64,000 bases of DNA, from assembly GCA_048882485.1 (NCBI GenBank), contig JBHLRP010000010.1, forward strand, positions 1 through 64,000, given 5' to 3'. The notes under the pieces were generated by a model. The model saw nothing but the letters and a program-made list of their open reading frames with translations. It made no database searches and was not told the origin of the DNA. The stretch's first letter is position 1, and the number at the start of each line of letters is the position of its first letter. Below, one piece after another: positions 29,061-38,788 of the stretch. The DNA is from Candidatus Thorarchaeota archaeon. Lineage in GTDB: Archaea > Asgardarchaeota > Thorarchaeia > Thorarchaeales > Thorarchaeaceae. Both the position numbers and the translations under genes were made by a program.

Positions 29061-30887
29061 TCAGGAAATGTACGGGTCTTCGTCTATGTCGAACCCAACG
29101 AATCCCATCTCCTCTAGAATGTCCTCCATGCTTTCAGCTCCGGTCATCCACCTGACCTGCCACTTCCCATCTTTGCTAAGGATGATCTCAACATCAGGAA
29201 GGTCTCCAAGTAGATTGTGGTTCATCTCAATCACATCTTGATATGCGCCTGTGAGTGCGATAGCGAAGTATGAGCCTGGTATGTTCTCGATTGACCCAAC
29301 AGGAATTCCCTCTCCCATCTGACCTATTGGCATGGTCACAGGGCGGTAGTCCCGAGTGAACCAAATTTCTCCAGTGCCTTTTCGATGAAACTGAGAAATC
29401 TCACCATCCGAATCACAAGTTAAGTCACAAAGCCGCACAGTTGTTTCGGGGTGAAGATGAAGATCACGAATTGGTACAATCGGGAAGTGCTGTTTCACCA
29501 GGACGTAATCGCAGGCGCTGTTGAACACACTGAAGTTTCCTATCACAATGTGGTCTGGATGCCACAGGCTCTCACTCAGTGCGTCAGACCTCAAGCTCGT
29601 TGCTCCTAGTCTTGCGATTCTTCTGCGAATCTCAGCTCTCACCTGACCGATCAGTGCCTCTCTCTCCTTCAGTGCAACCAGGGAGTCCGCTAGGGTGCTC
29701 TTACCAATCTGAAAGGTGTTCCAGACTTCAGCAAGCTCGCTGATAGAAGCAGCATCTGCTATCTCTTTCAGCACTGCCTTGTATTGACTCATGCTGCTCT
29801 TGCCAATGTCCTCAAGGCTTGGGAATACAGACCTTACCTCCAAGGCTTTGATTAGCACCACTGATCCGAGGGCTGTTAGTCCTCGGCCAGATTCAACCAA
29901 TATGTTTGGAGCTAATCCCTCCGGCCATTTGATTAGCTCATTCTGGATGCCTCTAACTATCGATTCAGCGTATTGCTCCATCAAGTTTGGTGCGTACGTA
30001 CTAGTATAGTCAATGGGGAGTCCACCACCAAAGTCAATCAGGTTGAGATTTGCGAGGCCATTTTGCCGCAACTCCAGAAATGTCCTCGTCATAAACTCTG
30101 CAAATCCTACGAAATCCTCAATCGCTGTGATTTGAGAACCAACATGTCCCAGAATAGTGGAGACAGAGTCCTCGAATCCTTTTGCCTTCAGCAGGCCTAC
30201 CACATCGAACAGGTCATGTATACTCAAGCCAAACTTGGAATCGCGTCCTGCAGAGTGTGACCAATGGCCCCTGGCCGTTATATACGGTTTTATTCTCAGA
30301 ACCATGTTGACTTTCCCAGGACGGAATCTATTTACAATGAGCCGGGCTTCGTGAAGTGACTCAATTGATACCGCAATGTTGTAGCCCTCCTCAATGCAAT
30401 CCTGAATTGTGTTGAGATATTCAGGATCTTTAGCACCATTGCAGATTATGAGTCGATGCTTCTCCTTCTCTACCACGGATTTGATGAGGAACAGCTCTGC
30501 CTTCGTACCTGCCTCAAGGCCGTAAACAGGATTGGTATGTAGGACTTGAACTACATAGTCACGTCGCTGATTCACCTTCACTGGATATACAGCACTAAAT
30601 TCACCTTTGTAATCCATAGCTTTGATTACTTTGTAAAACGTGGCAACTAGCTTCCTGACCTGGTACGAGATGAGCTGGGGGATTCGCAGGGTAAAGGAAG
30701 ATGTATAGCCTGTTCGAGTTCCATTTGCAGCTTCAATTCGCTTCACAATCTCACGGATTGAGATTGTCCTGCCATCAAGTTTGATGACCAAATCACCTTG
30801 CTCATTGATGTCCAGGAAATGAAGATCGTTGCTACTGAGTCCATAGATTAACCTCGACTTCTCTATCGACCAATCGTCTAAGGTCAG
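29061..30887 (-). CDS. speA: Biosynthetic arginine decarboxylase, probably with a CTG start
   Basis: VYPVKVNQ, GLEAGTKAEL, CNGAKD, SKFGL, HVGSQI, DFGGGL, ESGR, DLTCDSDG and GAYQD motifs. The frame extends to CTG at 30887 behind GAGGTG, adding WSIEKSRLIYG. Confidence 0.85.
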   Translation of the reverse strand: MTLDDWSIEKSRLIYGLSSNDLHFLDINEQGDLVIKLDGRTISIREIVKRIEAANGTRTGYTSSFTLRIPQLISYQVRKLVATFYKVIKAMDYKGEFSAVYPVKVNQRRDYVVQVLHTNPVYGLEAGTKAELFLIKSVVEKEKHRLIICNGAKDPEYLNTIQDCIEEGYNIAVSIESLHEARLIVNRFRPGKVNMVLRIKPYITARGHWSHSAGRDSKFGLSIHDLFDVVGLLKAKGFEDSVSTILGHVGSQITAIEDFVGFAEFMTRTFLELRQNGLANLNLIDFGGGLPIDYTSTYAPNLMEQYAESIVRGIQNELIKWPEGLAPNILVESGRGLTALGSVVLIKALEVRSVFPSLEDIGKSSMSQYKAVLKEIADAASISELAEVWNTFQIGKSTLADSLVALKEREALIGQVRAEIRRRIARLGATSLRSDALSESLWHPDHIVIGNFSVFNSACDYVLVKQHFPIVPIRDLHLHPETTVRLCDLTCDSDGEISQFHRKGTGEIWFTRDYRPVTMPIGQMGEGIPVGSIENIPGSYFAIALTGAYQDVIEMNHNLLGDLPDVEIILSKDGKWQVRWMTGAESMEDILEEMGFVGFDIDEDPYIS

Positions 30888-30905
30888 ACTTCACACCTCA
30901 TATAG

Positions 30906-32354
30906 CTACTGTGACTCATCATCCTTAATTGAATCCAGCATTCCCTGGAATGCTCGTGCTAGCTCTCCTATTTCGTCATCCTTTGAAGTATATGTCGTGT
31001 CCACTTGCAGGTCAAGGGTATCGAGCGGTTCTTGTTTTATCATAGCTGCGACATTCTTTGTTGCGAGGTCCATCATGTATTGCAGAGGTCCCGTGATTTG
31101 GTTTGATATCACAACAGCAACAGCTGCGGCTATCATGATTCCTGCTACTGTTATCGCTAGGATGAATAATGTTGCTTGAGTGTTTGCAGCCTCGATACGT
31201 GCCTCTAATTCAGGAATTGCACTCAATACTTCATCAACCGGTACGACTATGACGCAAATCCAATTTGCCTTGCCAACTGGAGTGTAAACTAGGATGAAGT
31301 CTTCACCATCACGAGTGTATCTTAGGAATCCGGTTGCGCCTGAACGTATCTGGTCCACATCTTGGGATGATAATGCTGGACTTCCATCAGTATTACGTTC
31401 AACGAATGTAAGCGCAGGCAATCCTGTTTCGTATGCTTCGTCTGGAACCTCTGGGTGTGCAACTACCAGTCCAAGACTGCTCTCTACAAGAGCGGCATAA
31501 CCTGATGTTAGAACAGTAACATCAAGAACTTCCTGATTGATGTCTGCAATTGTAATGTCTCCAGCAACAATTCCAATGAGGGTGCCATTCTCGAAGTAAA
31601 TCGCCCGACCAATGGTCACAAGGAGAACTCCTTCAAGCGGGTCGAAATATGGTTCTACAAAGACCATATCACCATCACCGTCCTCAACCTCTGTGTAGAA
31701 GAAATCTGTCGTTGGATACCATGGATCAATTAGTCGATTCTCGATGGGCAGCAAGCTTCCTGGATAGTTGATGAACATGTTAGTATCTTTGAAAACAACG
31801 TATAGCCACCTGAAGTCAAGCTGTTCATGGACTGATTGAAACATTTGGTCGATGTTTGAAATCCTTGCGAGCCTCTCATCCTCATACAGTTGATAATCAG
31901 CAACTGTTGAAGGCGGGACGTACCAGCTGCTAAATGTCCATGACACATTAAGTTCATAGTTGGGATCATAGGCTGTATCAGCTGGATACTCTCCTGGAGA
32001 TCCATATTCGAAATAGTAGTCGTAGTAAGTTCTTCGAGGTATGTACGTTGATTCATCACTCAGAAGCCCCTCTGCTTCCTCAGCTAGTGCTGCAATCATA
32101 GACTCAGCATTCGTTAGTTTCTGATTGATCACCAGTGCTGTCTTCTCACCGGTAAGATCCATGTTGGTCTGAATCTGTGATTCGAGAGCATTTGTACTCT
32201 CTGTAGTGGTGAAGTCTCCAATCAAATTCACAAAGAAATATGAGATTCCTCCAGTGACTCCTAGAGAAATGATCGAAATTGTGACGAAGGTCAGTATGAC
32301 ATTCCTGCGGAAACTACCTTTCTTCTTGGTCCTTGCCATCTTTGACAACATCAT
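30906..32354 (-). CDS. Membrane sensor with TM-dCache-TM-HAMP architecture and no output domain
   Basis: Two TM segments, EPYFD and GIVAGDI dCache motifs, and a HAMP motif (ITGPL...DEIGELARAFQGM) at the very C-terminus. Confidence 0.8.
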   Translation of the reverse strand: MMLSKMARTKKKGSFRRNVILTFVTISIISLGVTGGISYFFVNLIGDFTTTESTNALESQIQTNMDLTGEKTALVINQKLTNAESMIAALAEEAEGLLSDESTYIPRRTYYDYYFEYGSPGEYPADTAYDPNYELNVSWTFSSWYVPPSTVADYQLYEDERLARISNIDQMFQSVHEQLDFRWLYVVFKDTNMFINYPGSLLPIENRLIDPWYPTTDFFYTEVEDGDGDMVFVEPYFDPLEGVLLVTIGRAIYFENGTLIGIVAGDITIADINQEVLDVTVLTSGYAALVESSLGLVVAHPEVPDEAYETGLPALTFVERNTDGSPALSSQDVDQIRSGATGFLRYTRDGEDFILVYTPVGKANWICVIVVPVDEVLSAIPELEARIEAANTQATLFILAITVAGIMIAAAVAVVISNQITGPLQYMMDLATKNVAAMIKQEPLDTLDLQVDTTYTSKDDEIGELARAFQGMLDSIKDDESQ

Positions 32355-32361
32355 ACACCTC

Positions 32362-35211
32362 CTAGAAATCTACTGTACTTCCTCCTACTTCCAGTTGAGC
32401 CATCATCACTCCAACCTCCTGGAACGCTTTCTCAATGTCACTTCTCACATCTATGCTGTCAAGGACTGAGAGATATTGTCCCTGAGGGATGTGGTCACAC
32501 ACTGAATCAAGTAATTCTTCAAAGGTCATTCTCCGCCCTGTAATCGGGGATCTCACCTTGGCTTCAATTGGTGCTTTCAGCTCATCACCTACACCGATTA
32601 TAATTAGGTTGACATCGAGATGATTATCCCTGATGAATCCTTCAATGGTCAGATGTCTCTTTCTCCGATGTCTATCTTCCTCAGTGAAGATCCCTTCCAA
32701 CGCATCAAGCGAGTACATCTCAGAGCTATTGTCTTGGCCATCGGTCAAGGCGATTACCCATCTGTGCTCGCTTGACTCGATTCTATCAAGCTCCTCCAGA
32801 GCCCTACCTAGAGCATCGTAGAATGCTGTCGCATAATTGGGATGCCTGAGAGAGTCTAGGGCACGAATGATGGGGCTGTCTCTCGGACGCTTGTATTCTC
32901 CCTTCCTAGTTAGCGGGAGAATCTCTCGAAATGATGAGTTGAACACTATAATGCTCACTTCATCTTGTGGATTGACTTGACTCTCTACAATCTCCTTGGC
33001 ACCTTGAACTGCTGCTCTAATCCTGTTCTGAGCCTGCATGCTACCTGAGTAGTCGATAACGAGAATCACACTCTTCTTGAACATGATTGAACGTTTCAAT
33101 CTCTCAGCTTTGCGTCTGATCTCGTGACTCGGCTTATCTCGCTGATCCAAGACATCAGCTAGATTCTGCATGGCATAGACGACTAACCAGAACTCCTCAG
33201 TTATTTCTCCCAGACGAATTGCATCATTGTATTCATCTTCAGCCTTCTTCAGTTTCCCTTGAACTTGGAATAGCTCGCCCATGTGATAGTGAATGTATGC
33301 CATGCTTCTTTCATAGCCTTCAGCAGCAGCTGTCTTAAGCGCCTCTTCAAATTTTGAAAGAGCTTGGCTGTATCTGCCTTCCCTTACCAAGACAAGTCCC
33401 TGTGCATCGAAGCGCTTGGCAAGGCCTCTCTGGTTGCCTAGAGTAAGGTCAATCGCTACAGCATCCTCTAGCAGCTCCATTGCCTTTTTGGGATTGTTCT
33501 TGTCCATCTCTACAAGAGCCATGTTGTGATATACTGAAGCGACTCTGACCAAGGCATCAGTTTCTTCTGCGCCCTCTTGCCGGGCTCTTTCAAGGAGCAT
33601 CTTTGCTAGTGCCAATGCTTGTTCATAGTAATCCATTGCGTTACCTGTATCTCCACGCTGACGAAACACATTTCCAATGTTCAGATACATTGTTTGCTCG
33701 CCAATCTCAATATTGAGGCTGCGACTAATTTCGAGCAAATTCTGATAGTTCGCCAGGGCTCTGTTCAGGTCACCCCGAATGAAGGCTTGATTTCCGAATC
33801 TGATTGCTTCCTGGAAGTTCAGCAGTGCGTCAACGGTAGTACCAACCTCTTCATACATTGCTCCTGCAGTTGAAACACCGCGAGTAAAGTCCTGGCCTGC
33901 CATCTTCGTCACTAGACGTGTCATCTCCTTTATGGGCTCCACTACAGCGTTTCCTCTCCTGTAAGAAATGAAAGCAACCCCTACAGCCACGCCAGCCAGC
34001 ATTGCGCCTAGGATTATGGTAAGCAAGAAGGTCTGGCCAAGGACGAGATTCAGAATATTCGTAGCAGGTCCTATCACTTCTGCTGAGGGGACAACGATGG
34101 CAAGCACAAAGCCTGTCACATTGACCTTCGAGTAGGTGATATACCATTCCTCACCTCGTTTCTGGAATGTATCATGTCCACTGTCTTCAGATAGAATTGT
34201 AGGCAGAAGCGATGTGAATTCTGCAATCTCTGTCGAGCTAGCTCCAGAGAACTCAGCTTCATTTAGGGTCTGCCCTTCAGCAACCAGGTCCGGATGTGCT
34301 ATGAGTCCTCCATCTGATTCCAAAAGATAGGCATAGCCGCTCTCTAAGACTTCTATGCCAAGCACATTCGCCATGATGGTGTCAAGGGTCACGTCAGCCG
34401 ATACGACCCCGATTAGCGTTCCATTGTCAAAGTGTATGGGGCGTCCCATTGAAATGACTAGACCAGTGGAGGGGTCTCCATAGGGACTTGTAAACGCGAT
34501 GCTGTCATCTAGTACGGCAGCTGCATTGAGGTACCACTCTTCTATAGTTGGATCATAATCCAGACCCGGACCGTACCAGTCCTCGAAGTAGAAGAGATTG
34601 TCGTAGGGATAGTTCCTGAAAAGGCGTGTATCGCTAACGTCCGGAGAGAAGCCCATGTATAGCCATATATAATCCTCACTGGCCTGATGCAGCGAGCGAT
34701 AGACATTGTCCATGTTGCTAGAAATCTCTATGAGACTTCGAGTGGTAGGACTCCAGTCCCAAGGATCATTTGGAGTTTGGTAATCATCAGTTGGCATGTA
34801 CCAGCAGCTGACATCGAAAGAAATGTCATTCGAATCATACGCTTCGTCGTATGTGGCCGGATTTCTCCCGGGTATATCCCTTCCACTGTTATACCATTCC
34901 AAGGATGGATCCCAGAAGTACGAGTATTGGGGTGTCGCATTGATTCTCTCATTGAATAAGTCCTCAGCATACTTCTCCATCATGTAGACGCCATCGAAGT
35001 ATTGCTGCATTCTTTCCGAAATGAAGGACGCAGTGTCCTCTGAAATCCTCAGAAGATTGGCAAGTTCCTCAGTCCTAAGTGCTTCTGCGGCATCAGCAGC
35101 ATTTTCATTCGATGTTGTGAAAACACTGTTTGCTGAGAGTGCCGCTATAATCAGAATTGGCACCAGTGACACGACTACAAAGGTCACCACTATTCGTTTG
35201 CTGATATCCAT
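32362..35211 (-). CDS. Membrane sensor with TM-dCache-TM-HAMP-TPR-vWA architecture
   Basis: EWY/FTSPYGD/GVVSADV dCache motifs, HAMP (EPIKEM...EEVG), about 5 TPRs, and vWA MIDAS motifs DYSGSM, TAFYDAL and LTDG. Confidence 0.8.
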   Translation of the reverse strand: MDISKRIVVTFVVVSLVPILIIAALSANSVFTTSNENAADAAEALRTEELANLLRISEDTASFISERMQQYFDGVYMMEKYAEDLFNERINATPQYSYFWDPSLEWYNSGRDIPGRNPATYDEAYDSNDISFDVSCWYMPTDDYQTPNDPWDWSPTTRSLIEISSNMDNVYRSLHQASEDYIWLYMGFSPDVSDTRLFRNYPYDNLFYFEDWYGPGLDYDPTIEEWYLNAAAVLDDSIAFTSPYGDPSTGLVISMGRPIHFDNGTLIGVVSADVTLDTIMANVLGIEVLESGYAYLLESDGGLIAHPDLVAEGQTLNEAEFSGASSTEIAEFTSLLPTILSEDSGHDTFQKRGEEWYITYSKVNVTGFVLAIVVPSAEVIGPATNILNLVLGQTFLLTIILGAMLAGVAVGVAFISYRRGNAVVEPIKEMTRLVTKMAGQDFTRGVSTAGAMYEEVGTTVDALLNFQEAIRFGNQAFIRGDLNRALANYQNLLEISRSLNIEIGEQTMYLNIGNVFRQRGDTGNAMDYYEQALALAKMLLERARQEGAEETDALVRVASVYHNMALVEMDKNNPKKAMELLEDAVAIDLTLGNQRGLAKRFDAQGLVLVREGRYSQALSKFEEALKTAAAEGYERSMAYIHYHMGELFQVQGKLKKAEDEYNDAIRLGEITEEFWLVVYAMQNLADVLDQRDKPSHEIRRKAERLKRSIMFKKSVILVIDYSGSMQAQNRIRAAVQGAKEIVESQVNPQDEVSIIVFNSSFREILPLTRKGEYKRPRDSPIIRALDSLRHPNYATAFYDALGRALEELDRIESSEHRWVIALTDGQDNSSEMYSLDALEGIFTEEDRHRRKRHLTIEGFIRDNHLDVNLIIIGVGDELKAPIEAKVRSPITGRRMTFEELLDSVCDHIPQGQYLSVLDSIDVRSDIEKAFQEVGVMMAQLEVGGSTVDF

Positions 35212-35257
35212 TGCACTGCCTCCTCTCGTTTGTAGTGATTTGATTCCATTTTCTGGT

Positions 35258-36727
35258 TTACGCCTCTAATTCTTTTTGTAGTATGTTCAAGAATTTCCTA
35301 ATACTCTGCTCCTTGGCTAGAACGAATGCATTACCTTCTATGGTGCCTTCAATCAATCCCTCTCCAAGGAGTATAATCAGTGTTCTTCGAAGAATATTTT
35401 GGGGCACTCCAGTTTCCTTTTCCACATCTGCAATATCGAAGCGCTCATTCTTGTCAAGAAGGTCCTTTGTCATTCTGACCGCAGCTTGAGCCTGAGCGCT
35501 TGAAGGCTTGAGTGGCGTTCTAGGTTGCTTTTCCATCGTTCGTACAAAAACATCTTTGTTGAAATGTCCATCAAGTATCCCTTTCTCAATCATCGTCTGA
35601 ATGCTTCTTCTCAAGTTATACGCAGCTGGTCTAGGGAGAGTCTTTCTGAGAATCCTATCCAACTCCTTCAGCTGAATTCTGCTGTGTTTTGATGTGATTG
35701 ATTCAATGCTATCCTGCATATACTCCTCAATCATGTACTCATCTAGAAGCTCAAGCTTAGCTCCGCATGATGAACATTCATGGGCCTCCGGGGATGTGGG
35801 TGCTCCACAATTGCCACACTTGATCGCACGACGATATAATGTCATCTTCGTTGATCCTATCTCTTGAAGAGTCGCTTTCTCTGACTTCTTCACTTTGACA
35901 GTGTCTTGGGCCTCCCAGAAGAGGAGCTTCCTGTCACGCGTACTTACGACCAAATATGCGACATCAGAAACATCATCAGGTATTCCCGTAGCCAAAGCCT
36001 TAGGCGGAGCTGGAAGCATTAATGATGTAACCGTATTCCCCTCAATGTCCCAGATCTGCAACTGAGGCGAATGGTCTCCTGTGACAAACAGTTTCCTCTT
36101 TCCGAAAGTCAGTACCCCAAATACCGTGATTACATTGCCAAGGTCTAGTCGCTTCAGTTCGTAACCAGCTGCAGATAGAATCAACACAGTGCCTTTCCGC
36201 TGTGCAATGACTACTTCGAGCTCTGAATCGTTCGTTATATCTTCCAGCCAGACATCGGATATTGCCTGGTCAACGGTACGACTGAATAGGGCAGTCTGTT
36301 CATGGTTCCACAGAATGACTCTCTTATTCTGTAGGGCTGCGACAACTTCCGCGGCATCATCGCCGTCAACATCTCGTGCATCACATGCAATGACCGTACT
36401 TTCAAGGTCGTTTTTCCATAGTACTCTGCCTTTTTGATTCACAACTAGGAGTCTTTTACCGGCTCCCCCAATAAGAGCATCTTCTCCGCTGCTTTCAACA
36501 TCTCCTACTGCTATGCATCGAACTTTGCTGCTGTAACCCCTCGATGACTTTTGAGATCCCACAGTGTCAAAAATCCGTAGCCTTTCTCCATAATCGAGTG
36601 AGAAGACCTGCGCCCTCGCGTCCCTCTGCTGCCTCACGTAGAGACTGTAAACATTGGCGGGAAGAGAAACAACTGAAGTTTCCTGGAATCGCACAGTCCA
36701 ACAAGCACCTTGTGGAGTTCTGCTCAT
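35258..36727 (-). CDS. Beta-propeller (FG-GAP-like) plus Zn-ribbon plus tandem PCI-like winged-helix protein
   Basis: DVDGDDAAEVV and DITNDSELEVV repeats, CGNCG...CSSCG, and two C-terminal wHTH-like units ending GILDGHF and GLIEGTIEG. Confidence 0.6.
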   Translation of the reverse strand: MSRTPQGACWTVRFQETSVVSLPANVYSLYVRQQRDARAQVFSLDYGERLRIFDTVGSQKSSRGYSSKVRCIAVGDVESSGEDALIGGAGKRLLVVNQKGRVLWKNDLESTVIACDARDVDGDDAAEVVAALQNKRVILWNHEQTALFSRTVDQAISDVWLEDITNDSELEVVIAQRKGTVLILSAAGYELKRLDLGNVITVFGVLTFGKRKLFVTGDHSPQLQIWDIEGNTVTSLMLPAPPKALATGIPDDVSDVAYLVVSTRDRKLLFWEAQDTVKVKKSEKATLQEIGSTKMTLYRRAIKCGNCGAPTSPEAHECSSCGAKLELLDEYMIEEYMQDSIESITSKHSRIQLKELDRILRKTLPRPAAYNLRRSIQTMIEKGILDGHFNKDVFVRTMEKQPRTPLKPSSAQAQAAVRMTKDLLDKNERFDIADVEKETGVPQNILRRTLIILLGEGLIEGTIEGNAFVLAKEQSIRKFLNILQKELEA

Positions 36728-36763
36728 GTAAGCATATAAGGATGCGCAGAAAACAACTCCATA

Positions 36764-37843
36764 ATGAGTCCTTCCATTCCCAAATGTGATGTAGGGTTCC
36801 TATGGAGTCCAGAACTCGAAACCTTTGACTTTGGCTCAAAACACCCCATTCGTGTTGGCCGTTTTCAAATGGTCAGGGATTTCCTTCAGGAAACTCGATT
36901 CCTTGAACATCCCAGAGTGAGGATAATTAGACCGAAGCCTTTGGCAAGGACGCTTCTAAGTCGAATCCACTCTCAGGAGTATTTGGAAAAGGTCAGAAAG
37001 ATATCAGAAACTGGAAAAGGTGAGATTGACATCGACACTCCGGGGTTTAAGGGAATATACAATAATGCCAGGATTACGAGCGGTGCAACTGTGACTGGAG
37101 TTGAGGCTATCCATTCGAAGAAGGTTTGTCACACCTATTCTCCAACGGGAGGATTTCATCATGCTCGCTACGAAACTGGTGGCGGATTTTGCATATTCAA
37201 TGATGTTGCAGCCTCCGTGTATCGTCTTAAAGACCTGGGATATGAACGCATTCTGATAGCAGACTTCGATGTTCACCACGGAAATGGAACTCAAGCTTAT
37301 TTCTATGATGATCCTGGAGTCATGCAGATTTCGTTCCATGAAGATCCTGAGTGGATGTATCCACATGATGGTTTCATCAAGGATATAGGAGAAGGAGAGG
37401 GCATTGGCTATAATATCAACATGCATTTTCCTATGGACTCAGGAGATGAGGTATATCGATATGCGTTCGATATGATTGTACCACCTCTCTTCAAGTTCTA
37501 CAAACCTGATTTCATTCTCTTCCTTCCTGGATTTGATGCACATTATGATGATCCCATGACTCATTTGAATCTGACAATGAACACAATTCGCTATGTAACG
37601 GAAGAAATCCACGCTGCCGCCCACAGATGGGCTGGCGGCCGTCTAGGTGTCATATCAGGTGGTGGGTACAATCGTGAAGTCTTTCGATATGGAGCAGGAG
37701 TAGTGATGTCTGTCCTTACCGGAGCTGTCTTTAATCCTCCCACACAAACGCCACCCTTTGAGGATGACGATGAAATCTGGGCAGTAGTCAAAGAAAACAC
37801 TCAGAAGGTTCAGGATTTGGTCTTCTCAGCACTCGGAATATGA
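36764..37843 (+). CDS. Histone deacetylase family protein (AcuC/acetylpolyamine amidohydrolase-like)
   Basis: GGFHHA, GFCIFND, DFDVHHGNG, GFDAH..DP and GGGY motifs. Confidence 0.9.
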   Translation: MSPSIPKCDVGFLWSPELETFDFGSKHPIRVGRFQMVRDFLQETRFLEHPRVRIIRPKPLARTLLSRIHSQEYLEKVRKISETGKGEIDIDTPGFKGIYNNARITSGATVTGVEAIHSKKVCHTYSPTGGFHHARYETGGGFCIFNDVAASVYRLKDLGYERILIADFDVHHGNGTQAYFYDDPGVMQISFHEDPEWMYPHDGFIKDIGEGEGIGYNINMHFPMDSGDEVYRYAFDMIVPPLFKFYKPDFILFLPGFDAHYDDPMTHLNLTMNTIRYVTEEIHAAAHRWAGGRLGVISGGGYNREVFRYGAGVVMSVLTGAVFNPPTQTPPFEDDDEIWAVVKENTQKVQDLVFSALGI

Positions 37844-37852
37844 AGAGAGATG

Positions 37853-38737
37853 CTACGGTTTCCAGAAATGCAGTAGGTACTCAAATGTTGTCGAGAGAGT
37901 GATGTAGTTGCTTGGCCATCCGAAAATCCCAGCCTTATTCACAATGTTCCTTCGATCCCAGATGATTGTATTCCTGAGTTCAAACCCTACATCTTGTAGC
38001 GCGTCGATGACATAGACATGCGCAGGTACTCTTTGACTCTTCCACCAATAATCAGTGATATTGATTACACAATGTCCTCTATAACGCATTTTGGGGAGAA
38101 TTCCTTCGAAGATGGTCCCAATTGTTTCTGCGTATTTCCTCACATCCATAGTTCCGAGGTCTCTAGGATCATCAGAATATTGCTGTACCTCGAGATAATG
38201 TTCGTCTTTTCTCAGGTCTCCCCGCATGCTCTTGTTTCGTCTCTTTCTATTTAGCAAGTTCGCATAAGGAGGAGATGTGATGCACAGAGATACTGTTTCA
38301 TCATTCAGATAGTCCTTTACATTATGCGCTTCGACACAAATTGCTAGCTGCGTTCCATTGTTCTTCTCCTGAGGCTTCACCCGTTCGTTAGAAATATCAA
38401 CATATTCCTGCTTCAAATCAAAACCAACTGCATTTCTATTGGTGTCCTTTGCCGCCACAAGTGTGGTACCACTCCCCACAAATGGATCAATGACCAGTTC
38501 TCCTTTGTGCGTAAAGAGTTCAATGCATTTCTTGGGAAGTGCGATTGGGAAGACTGCGGGGTGGATTTTCTTATCCCTGATGTCGCGTTTCTCGTAGAAA
38601 AACTCCCAGACAGCAATCTGATGCTGCATCCACTCCTTTGCAGTCAAGCAATTGATATGATTTGGTGGACAATCGCAAGTTCTGGTGTAGTTGATATCTA
38701 GCGGTCCTGCAAGCTCTTCTCCAGACAATCGAATCAC
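37853..38737 (-). CDS. Site-specific DNA methyltransferase (N4C/N6A, SPPY)
   Basis: HPAVFP and DPFVGSGTT motifs preceding TSPPY. Confidence 0.85.
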   Translation of the reverse strand: MIRLSGEELAGPLDINYTRTCDCPPNHINCLTAKEWMQHQIAVWEFFYEKRDIRDKKIHPAVFPIALPKKCIELFTHKGELVIDPFVGSGTTLVAAKDTNRNAVGFDLKQEYVDISNERVKPQEKNNGTQLAICVEAHNVKDYLNDETVSLCITSPPYANLLNRKRRNKSMRGDLRKDEHYLEVQQYSDDPRDLGTMDVRKYAETIGTIFEGILPKMRYRGHCVINITDYWWKSQRVPAHVYVIDALQDVGFELRNTIIWDRRNIVNKAGIFGWPSNYITLSTTFEYLLHFWKP

Positions 38738-38788
38738 TACAATCAGGTAGAACTGGCATTTGGCCGTTTCGCCTTCAATGGATGAAAG

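Noticed and set aside
32362-35211. Ortholog of the eukaryotic alpha2delta calcium-channel subunit (Cache plus vWA)
   Set aside because: In alpha2delta the vWA is extracellular and inserted in the Cache domain; here it is cytoplasmic, after HAMP and TPR.
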